Of a stretch of DNA of 64,000 nt, positions 49,085-58,127 are shown piece by piece. The notes beneath the pieces were generated by a model that worked only from the letters and a program-made list of their open reading frames with translations, was not told where the DNA came from and did no database searches. Position numbers and translations under genes: made by a program. The stretch is from Spirochaetota bacterium (GTDB lineage: Bacteria > Spirochaetota > Leptospiria > Turneriellales > CBDBES01), in contig CBDBLF010000011.1 in the NCBI GenBank assembly GCA_965206985.1, forward strand, positions 91,384 through 155,383, read 5' to 3'. The first letter of the stretch is position 1. Each line of letters starts with the position of its first letter.

Positions 49085-49414
49085 TTCCTGGGCCTACATC
49101 AATCACCGTATGCATTTGACTCGCAACAGTCACCGTGGTCTTGTCAATTTGGCCGTTATCATTCGCATCAAGCAGGTTTAGCTGAGGTTTTATAGATCGT
49201 TCCTGCCAAAGTGTAACGTATGTTGTTTAGCCTCGGCACTGGAGATTTCAATCAGATCGTCACCGTCAGCGTCAACTGTTACATTGCCACCATTGCTACT
49301 TGGAGCATTATTATTATTACACTGAAATAAAAAGCCCAAGGCGACAAAAGCCAGTACCCATAGTAACCTTATTGAATGATTGTCTTGTTCTTTTATACAT
49401 AATAAATTATACAC
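49085..49414 (-). pseudogene. GLUG lipoprotein family copy C: frameshifted, internally deleted, 3'-truncated
   Basis: LGFLFQC lipobox, DADGDDLIEISSAE/(shift)/LNNIRYTLAGT.YKTS/(deletion)/LNLLDANDNGQIDKTTVTVA; 49122-49158 identical to 4923-4959. Confidence 0.82.
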
Positions 49415-49456
49415 AACAAACCCCTTCTGGGCTAGCTTATTAGCTCACCCAGAGCC

Positions 49457-49485
49457 ACTATACAGTGAACAGTACCGAAAGTCAA
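49457..49485 (-). promoter_or_regulatory. Putative sigma70 promoter of GLUG copy C
   Basis: TTGACT-17-TATAGT, same hexamers as upstream of copies A and B. Confidence 0.65.
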
Positions 49486-49525
49486 CAAAAAAAGTTAGAG
49501 CTGTTGGGAGAGAGAAGGATGATAG

Positions 49526-51411
49526 GAGCTTGTGCAGGAACTAGGATTTTTCAGTGCATTTTATGAGATATTTGCTGCGTCAGTCTCATTTTTCAAATAT
49601 GTCAAGGAATTTATAGTTTATGCAAGTTGTTCTCGTACCATTTTGCCAAAATTAAATGCTGTAGCTGCGATTTTTACCTCTATTTGAACCTTTTTACTGC
49701 CTCTGAGCAAGAATTCTCTGAACTTTTTGGCTTGTTTCAAAATTCCAAAAATGGGTTCAATTTCAGAACCTCGCTTTTTATAGAAAGACTTTGCTTCTTC
49801 TGAATTCATCTTCTTGATCATTTCATGTTTTAAAGCAAAACCAGAGTCTACTGACAATTTGCGATAACCTCTGCGTAACTCTTCTTCGCTCGTACAACAT
49901 TGTTCTCTGGCAGGGCAAATGACACAGTCAGGAGGTTTACCATGATAATGAGTATATTTCTTTTTATCTTTCACAGATTCATTATGAAATTCTAAGGTTT
50001 TACCCTCGGGGCAAACCCAAGAATCATCATCCTCGTCATATTTAAACTGATGAGCTTCATAACCTGAATCCTCTTCTCCTTTTCTTTCTTTGGCTACCTG
50101 ATCAGGTGAAGGTATAAAACCATTGATCCCTTTTGAATCCAGGTATTCCAAACCACTTGAATGAAAGTAACCCGAATCTGCAGAAGCTGTCCGTATACTG
50201 ATCCCTGTGTTTGACTCAGCTTTAGAAAGGGTAGGAGCTAATTGCTCTAAATCATTTTCTGAATTAGCTTCAGCAATGTCAGCTGCCAAAATATAGCCTT
50301 CTGATGAGGTAACTTGAATGTTGTAGCTTTGAGAAATTTTACCATTCCGTTTCATGAATTTAGCATCTGGATCAGTAAGATTTATTTTAGAATCAGAAGC
50401 AGACTCTTGATTCTCTTCCAGACTTTTACTGATCATAACATACTTTTGAGCTTTCCTAAGCATAACAGAATCATTATCCTCTGCAGCCTGGTCTTCATTT
50501 ATCAATAATTCTGGCTCGTTAGCATGAGAATTAGTTGTATCTTCTAAAAAGACCTCAACTTCTTTTTCTCCTGTTTTTAGAGCTTCTATATCCTGTGTAC
50601 CTTCTATAGTTTCTGAAGAATCTTTTTCAACAGATGTAGAAAACTCGGCTGGTTCACTTTGCTTTCCTTCTGCTGTTTTTAATGACTCTCTCTTTGCCTT
50701 TTCACTCGCTTTTTGTAAGCGAATAAACTCCTCAATGATCGTATCTACCTCTTCAGGATTAAGCTCATAGCCACTGTTGTCTTTACCATATAGTTTATCT
50801 TCCTCAATATCTAATTCTCTACCTGAGCGTAGATACTCTAAGATCTCTTGCTGTATAGCTCTTTTACGTTCCTCTAAATCTGACTTTTTGTATGTTTGAT
50901 CGTCAGCAGCACTGGCTTTGATTTTAGTTCCATCTACCTTAACATCAGTACCAATATTTTTCTTTTTGTGGGATAGCAAAGATACAGAGTAATTAAAAAC
51001 TTCGCCAATTTCTTTACCAAAATTAACACGGAATTCAGCAATAGACCGAAACTTTACTTTATGACCACCAACTAAATAACGCATGGCGTCGTTCTCTTCA
51101 CAGGCTTTTTGTAATTCTCTGCTGCTTCTCCATCCACGATGAAAGCCATAAAAAAGGCATCCCAGCATTATAACCGGATGGTAAGCCCGACCCCCTTCTT
51201 TTGAGTACTTAGAAAGAAATGGTTTCATAGGAATTTTATCTAACAAGGCAGCAAAGGCATAAACCTCGTGATTTTCTTCTAAATTGTCTGCTATAGTATG
51301 CGAAAACAGCATAACTTGATCTCTATCACTTTTCATAAATCGTTTCATAATAAGACATAAACAAAGAAGAACACAGAAAAGCAAGAAAAATCCTAGTTCC
51401 CGCACAGCCTC
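49526..51411 (-). mobile_element. IS1182-family insertion sequence, copy 2 (1886 bp)
   Basis: Near-identical to 35531-37416; upstream IR is the variant GAGGCTGTGCGGGAACTAGG. Confidence 0.92.
49618..51348 (-). CDS. IS1182 transposase, copy 2
   Basis: A few substitutions relative to copy 1; start set inside the IR. Confidence 0.92.
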   Translation of the reverse strand: MKRFMKSDRDQVMLFSHTIADNLEENHEVYAFAALLDKIPMKPFLSKYSKEGGRAYHPVIMLGCLFYGFHRGWRSSRELQKACEENDAMRYLVGGHKVKFRSIAEFRVNFGKEIGEVFNYSVSLLSHKKKNIGTDVKVDGTKIKASAADDQTYKKSDLEERKRAIQQEILEYLRSGRELDIEEDKLYGKDNSGYELNPEEVDTIIEEFIRLQKASEKAKRESLKTAEGKQSEPAEFSTSVEKDSSETIEGTQDIEALKTGEKEVEVFLEDTTNSHANEPELLINEDQAAEDNDSVMLRKAQKYVMISKSLEENQESASDSKINLTDPDAKFMKRNGKISQSYNIQVTSSEGYILAADIAEANSENDLEQLAPTLSKAESNTGISIRTASADSGYFHSSGLEYLDSKGINGFIPSPDQVAKERKGEEDSGYEAHQFKYDEDDDSWVCPEGKTLEFHNESVKDKKKYTHYHGKPPDCVICPAREQCCTSEEELRRGYRKLSVDSGFALKHEMIKKMNSEEAKSFYKKRGSEIEPIFGILKQAKKFREFLLRGSKKVQIEVKIAATAFNFGKMVREQLA

Positions 51412-51889
51412 GTAGGGGGGTACAATCCTATTCTCCATCCCTAAAAAGTTAGAGCTGTATAGAAACCAATTACATATCTGACAAATTTTCTTCCTCGAAA
51501 ATGCCCTGCCTTCCCTTTGGAAGTTTGCCTCTTCAGTTCAAAAAAGGATAAAGTACCTCATTTCACAAGTAATTACGGGCAGGGAGATTTTCTCTCTTCC
51601 TGATCTTGACAATAATATGCAACCCAGCTCAAACGTGAATCTTTCCATTCAAAGAGAAGACCGAAATACTCAAGAAATTGTTGTGAATGAGTTTCTTGAA
51701 TGGTATGGTTGTGGTATGGTTTTAAGAAGAAACATCCCACCAATTGATTGTGTAACTCGCTCGCCCTTGTGTGGCTGTAGGTAGGAGCCTTCGCTCCTGT
51801 GCAGGAGCGAGGGAGGAGTACAGGAGTTGAAAGCGTCTGAGTAGACACCCACTCTCAGAATCACCCAAGCTGTTTGCGACCCGCTAAGG

Positions 51890-53665
51890 TTACCGTTGCC
51901 CGTTGAGTAGATCGCCATACATAGCTGGTGATGCACAGCCTATCATTGTTGCATTCAAGATGCATCGTTTGACGGCGGGGTTTTGCTGGTCAGTGCCTAA
52001 ATCCCACGCGTCGCCTAAATCAGGAAAAGCGCCGCTCGTTGCTTGCAGTTGGGTGAGCGTAAGCCCCACCGCACCCATGGGGTCGGCTGTAGCATCACCC
52101 TGCACTCGCTTGGGATTCTGGGGCGACCCATCTGTTGATTGAGGTGCGTCGGCGTTCCAATAGCTATTCGTGATCGTAAAAGTGGCATCAGAAGACCCCA
52201 CCAGACCACCGGAATAAGATTTAGAAGAAGAAGAAGAAACACCACCACTTCCAGAAAAATAGCTATTTGTGATCGTCAAAGAAGAAGAAAAACCCACCAG
52301 ACCACCGGAAAAAGAAAAAGAAGAACCAGAAGAAGCAGAAACACCACCACTCCCAGAAAAGTAGCTATTCGTGATCGTCAAAGAAACCGAAGAAGAACCC
52401 ACCAGACCACCGGAAGAAGAAGAAGAAGAAGAAGAAGAAGAAGAAACACCACCACTCCCAGAAAAATAGCTATTCGTGATCGTCAAAGTGGCATCAGAAG
52501 ACCCCACCAGACCACCGGAAAAAGAAGAAGAAGAAGAAGAAGAAGAAACGCCACCACTCCCAGAAAAGTAGCTGTTCGTGATCGTCAAAGAAGAAGAAGA
52601 ACCCACCAGACCACCGGAAGAAGAAGAAGAAGAAGAAGAAGAAACGCCACCACTCCCAGAAAAGTAGCTATTCGTGATCGTCAAAGAAGGAGAAAAACCC
52701 ACCAGACCACCGGAATAAGAAAAAGAAGAAGCATCAGAAGAAACACCACCAGAGATAACTCCTACATTGCGTATCTGAGCTGGGGTACCAGCTCGACCAA
52801 ATAAACCTGCATAGGCATTGCCTGAAGAAGAAATATTCACCCATAAACTAGCGATGGTGTAACCGTTACCCTCAAAAGTGCCCGTAAACCCGCCTGTGTC
52901 ATCACCCACTGGAACCCAACTGGTATCTTCGCTTACATCAATCACCATATGGTCTTTGCCCGCAACAGTCTTTTTGACCATGTTAATTTCGCCGTTACCG
53001 TTCGTATCAAGCAGGGGTAATAAATAAATGTTGGCCATGAGCTCGTAACCATTGCAACCACCTGTTGGGCAACCTTCATTGTCACCTGCATCCATTCTCG
53101 AGATTTTATAACTTGTGCCCGCCAAATCATAACGCATGTTGTCTAGCATTGTGGCAGTCCATATTTCGATGAGCCCATCGCTGTCAGAATCGGGCATGTA
53201 CGGCGTTACCGTTACGTTGACCGTATCATTCATCATGGCAAATTCAGTGAAATCCGCGTCATGCGATGCGCCCATGGCTATGTCATGGGTTATGGTACCT
53301 GTTATCTCGGTCATAATCATATCATCTGCATCACCTTCTCTTTTTACGGTAATCGTCTGGGGACTCGCACTAGTAGGCGCAAACGTAACCTCTGTTGGGG
53401 ATACCTCAAGAAAATCATTTGTGGAGGTTAGGGTTACTTTTACTGTTTTTCTTTCTGATGGTGGGCGCGACGCCGAAATCGTGTAGGTGGCACCCACTGC
53501 CCCACTCACGTCGCTGAAGGTGATTTCTGGAGTGCTGAGCTTTAAATTGGCCGGAGGGTCGTCGTCACTCTTACCGCATTGAAATAAAAAGCCCAAGACG
53601 AATATTAATAATATACCTCTCACCATTTTATTGCGCGCTCCATTCATTCTAGTATTTAGACTCAT
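51890..53665 (-). CDS. GLUG-repeat beta-helix surface lipoprotein copy B (5 rungs)
   Basis: GGAGG RBS, LGFLFQC lipobox, one Ig-like domain, DSDSDG motif, GLUG rungs with poly-Ser loops. Confidence 0.88.
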   Translation of the reverse strand: MSLNTRMNGARNKMVRGILLIFVLGFLFQCGKSDDDPPANLKLSTPEITFSDVSGAVGATYTISASRPPSERKTVKVTLTSTNDFLEVSPTEVTFAPTSASPQTITVKREGDADDMIMTEITGTITHDIAMGASHDADFTEFAMMNDTVNVTVTPYMPDSDSDGLIEIWTATMLDNMRYDLAGTSYKISRMDAGDNEGCPTGGCNGYELMANIYLLPLLDTNGNGEINMVKKTVAGKDHMVIDVSEDTSWVPVGDDTGGFTGTFEGNGYTIASLWVNISSSGNAYAGLFGRAGTPAQIRNVGVISGGVSSDASSFSYSGGLVGFSPSLTITNSYFSGSGGVSSSSSSSSSGGLVGSSSSLTITNSYFSGSGGVSSSSSSSSFSGGLVGSSDATLTITNSYFSGSGGVSSSSSSSSSSSGGLVGSSSVSLTITNSYFSGSGGVSASSGSSFSFSGGLVGFSSSLTITNSYFSGSGGVSSSSSKSYSGGLVGSSDATFTITNSYWNADAPQSTDGSPQNPKRVQGDATADPMGAVGLTLTQLQATSGAFPDLGDAWDLGTDQQNPAVKRCILNATMIGCASPAMYGDLLNGQR

Positions 53666-53716
53666 AAATTTAATTCCTCCTGCATTCTAATCCGTTTGTG
53701 ATTATTCGTGGAGCGT

Positions 53717-53744
53717 ACTATAAATAGTATGTGTACCAAGTCAA
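53717..53744 (-). promoter_or_regulatory. Putative sigma70 promoter/operator of GLUG copy B
   Basis: TTGACT-16-TATAGT; near-palindrome ATACTAT-TT-ATAGTAC over the -10. Confidence 0.6.
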
Positions 53745-54011
53745 CCACCATATACAAAAATTTTATAGAAACCAATCAGACATTTAGGTTGATTTTTGAA
53801 GGCTAATTGTCCACGATTACCGAATGGAGCACTTACCGCTTTCAGAAGCGGTGCTATGTTCTCGCTAGAAATACGACCATAGTTAACCCAATTAGAACTT
53901 TGAAAATATAATGCCGATCACGCAAGTGAAACCTGCAAACATGGTTCCACTAATTGATTGTATACTCTCTCGCCCTTGTGTGACGTAGGTAGAGCCTTTA
54001 CTCCTGTAAGG

Positions 54012-55829
54012 TTACCGTTGCCCGTCGAGTAGGTCGCCATACATAGCTGGTGATGCACAAGTCCCCGTTCCCGCCATATCAAGGATGCATCGTTTGACCG
54101 CGGGGAGTTGCTGCTCAGTGCCTAAAACCCACGCGTCGCCCAATAAATCAGGAAAGGTGCCACTCGTTGCTTGTAGTTCAGCGAGTGTAAGCCTCACCGC
54201 ACCCGTGGGGTCGGTCATCTCATCACCCCGCGCTCGCTTGGGATTCTGGGGCGACCCGTCTACTAATTGAGGTGCGTCGGTGTTCCAATAGCTATTCGTG
54301 ATCGTCAAAGAATCAGAAGAGAAACCCACCAGACCACCGGAATAAGAAATCGAAGAAGAGGAAGAAGAAACATCACCACTCCCAGAAAAATAGCTATTTG
54401 TGATCGTCAAAGTACCAATAGCAACACCCACCAGACCGCCAGAAGAAGAAAGCGAAGAAGAAGAAGAAGAAGAAGAAACACCACCACTCCCAGAAAAGTA
54501 GCTATTCGTGATCATAGAAGTGGCATCAGAAGAACCCACCAGACCACCGGAATAAGAAATCGAAGAAGAGGAAGAAGAAGAAACACCACCACTCCCAGAA
54601 AAGTAGCTATTCGTGATCGTCAAAGAAGAAGAAGAAGAACCCACCAGACCGCCAGAAGAAGAAATCGAAGAAGAGGAAGAAGAAGAAACACCACCACTCC
54701 CAGAAAAGTAGCTATTCGTGATCGTCAAAGAAAAAGAAGAAGAAGAAGAACCCACCAGACCACCAGAGAAAGAAGAAGAAGAAGCATCAGAAGAAACACC
54801 ACCACTCCCAGAAAAATAGCTATTCGTGATCGTCAAAGAAGCATCAGAACGCCCCACCAGACCGCCGGAAGAAGAAGAAGCAGAAACACCACCACTCCCA
54901 GAAAAATAGCTATTCGTGATCGTCAAAGAAGCATCAGAACGCCCCACCAGACCGCCGGAAGAAGAAGCATCAGAAACATCGCCAGAGATAATTCCTACAT
55001 TGCGTATCTCGGCTGAACCACCTGTCGCACCAAAGAAACCCGCATTGACATTGCTTGTAGAACTCACCCGGATGTTTGCGATCGTGTGGCCGTTACCCTC
55101 AAAAGTGCCCGTAAACCGGCTTCCACTATTACCTACCGGAACCCAACTGGCGTTTGAGCCTATATCAATCTTGGCCATGAGCTCGTAGCCGTTGCAACCT
55201 GTGTCTGGGCAACCTCTACTGTCATCTGCATCCATTGCCGAGGCTTTATAACTCGTGCCCGCCAGATCATGTCGCATCTTGTCTAGCATTCTGCCAGTCC
55301 ATATTTCAATGAGCCCATCGCCGTCAGAATCGGGGATATACGGCGTTACCGTCACGTTGACCATGCTCCCCATCATGGCAAATTCAGCGAACTCGGTGTC
55401 AGTAGTTATGGCATGCTCTATGGTACCTATTATCTCGTCCATAATAATATCAACCGCATCATTTGCTCTTTTTACGGTAATCGTCTGGGGGCTCGCATTC
55501 GTAGGCGTAAACATAACCCGCTTTGGGGATACCCCAAGCGATGGATCGGTGGAGGTTAGTTTTACCTCTATTGTTTTCTCTGCTGATGGTGGGCGTGACG
55601 CCGAAATCATGTAGGTGGCACCCATTGCCCCACTCACGTCGCTGAAGGTGACCTCTTGAGTACTGAGCTCTAAGGTGACCAGAGCAGGGTCGTCATCTTT
55701 GGCAGAGTCACCGTCTTTGACAGAATCGTCGCCTTTACCGCATTGAAATAAAAAGCCCAAGACGAATATTAATAATATACCCCTCACCATTTTACTAAAC
55801 ACTCCATTCATTCTAAGATTTAGACTCAT
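54012..55829 (-). CDS. GLUG-repeat beta-helix surface lipoprotein copy A (6 rungs)
   Basis: Tandem paralog of copy B; same leader and lipobox; lacks the DTNGNG segment. Confidence 0.88.
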   Translation of the reverse strand: MSLNLRMNGVFSKMVRGILLIFVLGFLFQCGKGDDSVKDGDSAKDDDPALVTLELSTQEVTFSDVSGAMGATYMISASRPPSAEKTIEVKLTSTDPSLGVSPKRVMFTPTNASPQTITVKRANDAVDIIMDEIIGTIEHAITTDTEFAEFAMMGSMVNVTVTPYIPDSDGDGLIEIWTGRMLDKMRHDLAGTSYKASAMDADDSRGCPDTGCNGYELMAKIDIGSNASWVPVGNSGSRFTGTFEGNGHTIANIRVSSTSNVNAGFFGATGGSAEIRNVGIISGDVSDASSSGGLVGRSDASLTITNSYFSGSGGVSASSSSGGLVGRSDASLTITNSYFSGSGGVSSDASSSSFSGGLVGSSSSSFSLTITNSYFSGSGGVSSSSSSSISSSGGLVGSSSSSLTITNSYFSGSGGVSSSSSSSISYSGGLVGSSDATSMITNSYFSGSGGVSSSSSSSSLSSSGGLVGVAIGTLTITNSYFSGSGDVSSSSSSISYSGGLVGFSSDSLTITNSYWNTDAPQLVDGSPQNPKRARGDEMTDPTGAVRLTLAELQATSGTFPDLLGDAWVLGTEQQLPAVKRCILDMAGTGTCASPAMYGDLLDGQR

Positions 55830-55880
55830 AAATTTAACTCCCCCTGCATTCTAATTAGTTTGTGATCATACACGATCAGT

Positions 55881-55911
55881 ATACTATAAATAGTATAGTG
55901 TACTAAGTCAA
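55881..55911 (-). promoter_or_regulatory. Putative sigma70 promoter/operator of GLUG copy A
   Basis: TTGACT-17-TATAGT; perfect palindrome ATACTAT-AA-ATAGTAT at 55881-55896. Confidence 0.65.
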
Positions 55912-55932
55912 CCACTATATACAAAAAATTTG

Positions 55933-56236
55933 GGTCGTGTCATATTTAATCAAAGTTTCCAATTAAAAAAGGAATTGACTTATCTCCCTTAAATTAAGGT
56001 TATGTCTCATTATGAACAAAAGAAAATATACCTTTGATACAAGTGGTTTTAGCTGTCAAAATACAGACTGCCATAAGTATCATAAGGTAAATGAAGGAAA
56101 TGTGCGCTTTGCTTATATGTCTGGTAAGTACAAACAAATAGCCTATTTAAAGTGCACCGCTTGTGGTAGATGCTTTTCAGAGAATAAAGGCACTATTTTT
56201 TTTCGTCGCAAGAAAAGCAAAGAAACCATTACTCGG
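55933..56236 (+). mobile_element. Truncated IS1 (left IR plus 5' part of insA)
   Basis: Matches the reverse complement of about 17623-17926; breaks off at ACCATTACTCGG and joins the phage sheath gene. Confidence 0.9.
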
Positions 56237-56894
56237 TGTCCGTTGCCCCCATGATATGTACAAATTTTGCCTGATGCTGTTGTCTGCTTGCATTCACACA
56301 AGCAAGGACATTCGCAACGGACGCGGTTGGAGCTGTACTTCGAAATGTATATGTATCGCCAGAAACAAAAGAATCAGTTGAAGTTGCCCCATCTGTAAAA
56401 ACGATATTAACACCAGCACCTAAGCTAATGGAACTTCCTGATGCAGGAGTCGTTATTTCTTCCGAAAATGTGTTTCCGCCATCTGATGATTTGCTGTAGA
56501 TTGCAGTGCCAGAGACTCCCGACTTAGTGATCTTGATTACAAAAGTACGCGAACCAGTGACCACTCCACTTGTTGTATGCGTGGCTGTCCCTGTCCCTTT
56601 ATGCACGAGGCTTCCGGTTGTGCCGGAAACATCAGCTTCTGCTCGTGCAAAAAGAATTTTGACAGGTGTTTGTTTCTTCGCTTGAGAGAACTCATTAAAG
56701 TAAACTCTGATTGCATCTAAAAGAGACCCCTGTTTGAGCACTTTCTTGGCATCGTAATAAGACGAGGCTTCATATACTTTATTGGCGACCCCTCCTTCAG
56801 CAACCCCAATTTTGAGGTGAATACCATCCGCACCTTTGGGTGTGCGTCCAACACCGCCATCGGTAAGAGTAATCTTTGCATCTCCTATGGCCAT
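56237..56894 (-). pseudogene. Tail sheath protein (DUF2586-like), 3'-truncated by IS1 sequence
   Basis: M...KITLTDGGVG....G.H.KIG....G..NK.Y, FVSGDTYTF...APT, FVHI.GA; only about 220 aa before the IS1 junction. Confidence 0.72.
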
Positions 56895-56896
56895 GA

Positions 56897-57103
56897 TTAA
56901 CCTCCTACCCCTTGGTTTAAATAATTGGTGATCGCCTGATCAAATACACTTTCAGTGGCTAAGCTTGCATGGGTAAGCCCCGCTTTAATTCCGGCTCCTC
57001 TGGCAATATACAAGCGAACATGCTTCATTCTTGCCCATTCTATAAATGTGAATTTACTTAATCCACTGGATTCTTCAATTTCTCTTTCTTCTTTTCTCTT
57101 CAT
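56897..57103 (-). CDS. Small phage protein preceding the sheath gene
   Basis: 68 aa, overlaps the upstream gene and abuts the sheath gene. Confidence 0.6.
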   Translation of the reverse strand: MKRKEEREIEESSGLSKFTFIEWARMKHVRLYIARGAGIKAGLTHASLATESVFDQAITNYLNQGVGG

Positions 57104-57660
57104 TGTCTAACTCCTATATTGTAATTTTCTATTGATCTGGAGAGCTGTGCGCATCTGTCTTTGTGGTAGATGATATCAAGAAACCGACATCTAAAAACCA
57201 ATTTTCTATATGTATTATCTACTATATCACCCACGATACCAACACTAGCGATCTGAAACTCTGTAATGGTTCCTTCTTCATTTTTGATGTTCTTCACATT
57301 GGCAAAGTGGGTATAAATCAGGTCTGTAATTGTATCTTGAGTGACTTCGCGAGCCAAAGAATGAAGCCAAAAGTCAATCGTATAGACAGTTTCTTCTAAA
57401 TAACGACTCCTTAGAATCTCTGTTTGGGTGACTCCCTCATCATCAATTACATCACGCACTAACCCAGAAGAGTCTGCCATTTCAAGATTACCTGGCTGAT
57501 GCTTGATTACACAACATGGTACACTTCTTTGGATTTGAGCAGGTTCAGGAATATACTCAAAGATTTTATTTTTTAGAAAGTAGTTTTCTGACCCATCTTG
57601 ATTTAGAATTATAAATCTGTTCAAAAAATGTTTCAATACAAAAATATGAAAGGATATCAT
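57100..57660 (-). CDS. Putative tail terminator/neck protein
   Basis: Position in the module; PCCV, YTIDFW beta pattern. Confidence 0.5.
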   Translation of the reverse strand: MISFHIFVLKHFLNRFIILNQDGSENYFLKNKIFEYIPEPAQIQRSVPCCVIKHQPGNLEMADSSGLVRDVIDDEGVTQTEILRSRYLEETVYTIDFWLHSLAREVTQDTITDLIYTHFANVKNIKNEEGTITEFQIASVGIVGDIVDNTYRKLVFRCRFLDIIYHKDRCAQLSRSIENYNIGVRQ

Positions 57661-58127
57661 CTGCCACCTCCCAAGGAAGCCTGGAAGCCTTTTCGTAATT
57701 CATCTTTAATTGCCTCTTCTGATTCTTTTAAAGCTGGCTCCAAATGAGGTCTAGCTGGGAGACCTCTTGCTTCAAAGCCGTATTCTAAAGCCCGAGCTTG
57801 TGGATAGTTTGATCCGATAGCGTACGAAAGTCGTTTTCTCTTAGCCACGCTAAAACTTTGTACGTAGTTTTGAGCTGGATTTGTACTCGTTGGCGAACGG
57901 TGTCCTGATATAAGAATATTTGTATTATTTCCTCGGGATTCTTTTTGCTCTAAATATTTGGCAGAAAGTGCTGGCCAGCTAGAAGACCACTTCTGTGCAT
58001 GAATGCCTTTTGTGACATTCGTTCGCAGTATTTCAGCTGAACGCCTTAGTGCGTGATCCATATTTTGCTCCACACTCTTAGAGTAGCCATCAAGTGCTTT
58101 AAAGAAATGTTCAAAACCTTGTGGCAT
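57657..58127 (-). CDS. HK97 gp10-like tail completion protein
   Basis: W.ALS.KY..QK, A..LEYG....LPARP.L.PA. Confidence 0.7.
   Translation of the reverse strand: MPQGFEHFFKALDGYSKSVEQNMDHALRRSAEILRTNVTKGIHAQKWSSSWPALSAKYLEQKESRGNNTNILISGHRSPTSTNPAQNYVQSFSVAKRKRLSYAIGSNYPQARALEYGFEARGLPARPHLEPALKESEEAIKDELRKGFQASLGGGR

Larger units (their letters stand above)
49506..51441. mobile_element. Hybrid element: IS481-like termini enclosing an IS1182
   Basis: 20 bp of IS481-like left end (49506-25), IS1182 (49526-51411), 30 bp of right end (51412-41); 16-bp direct repeat AAAAAGTTAGAGCTGT (49489-504, 51443-58). Confidence 0.88.

Noticed and set aside
51459-55932. Tandem GLUG units as integron cassettes
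   Set aside because: No RYYYAAC...GTTRRRY attC boxes at the unit ends, each unit has its own promoter, and no integrase is present.
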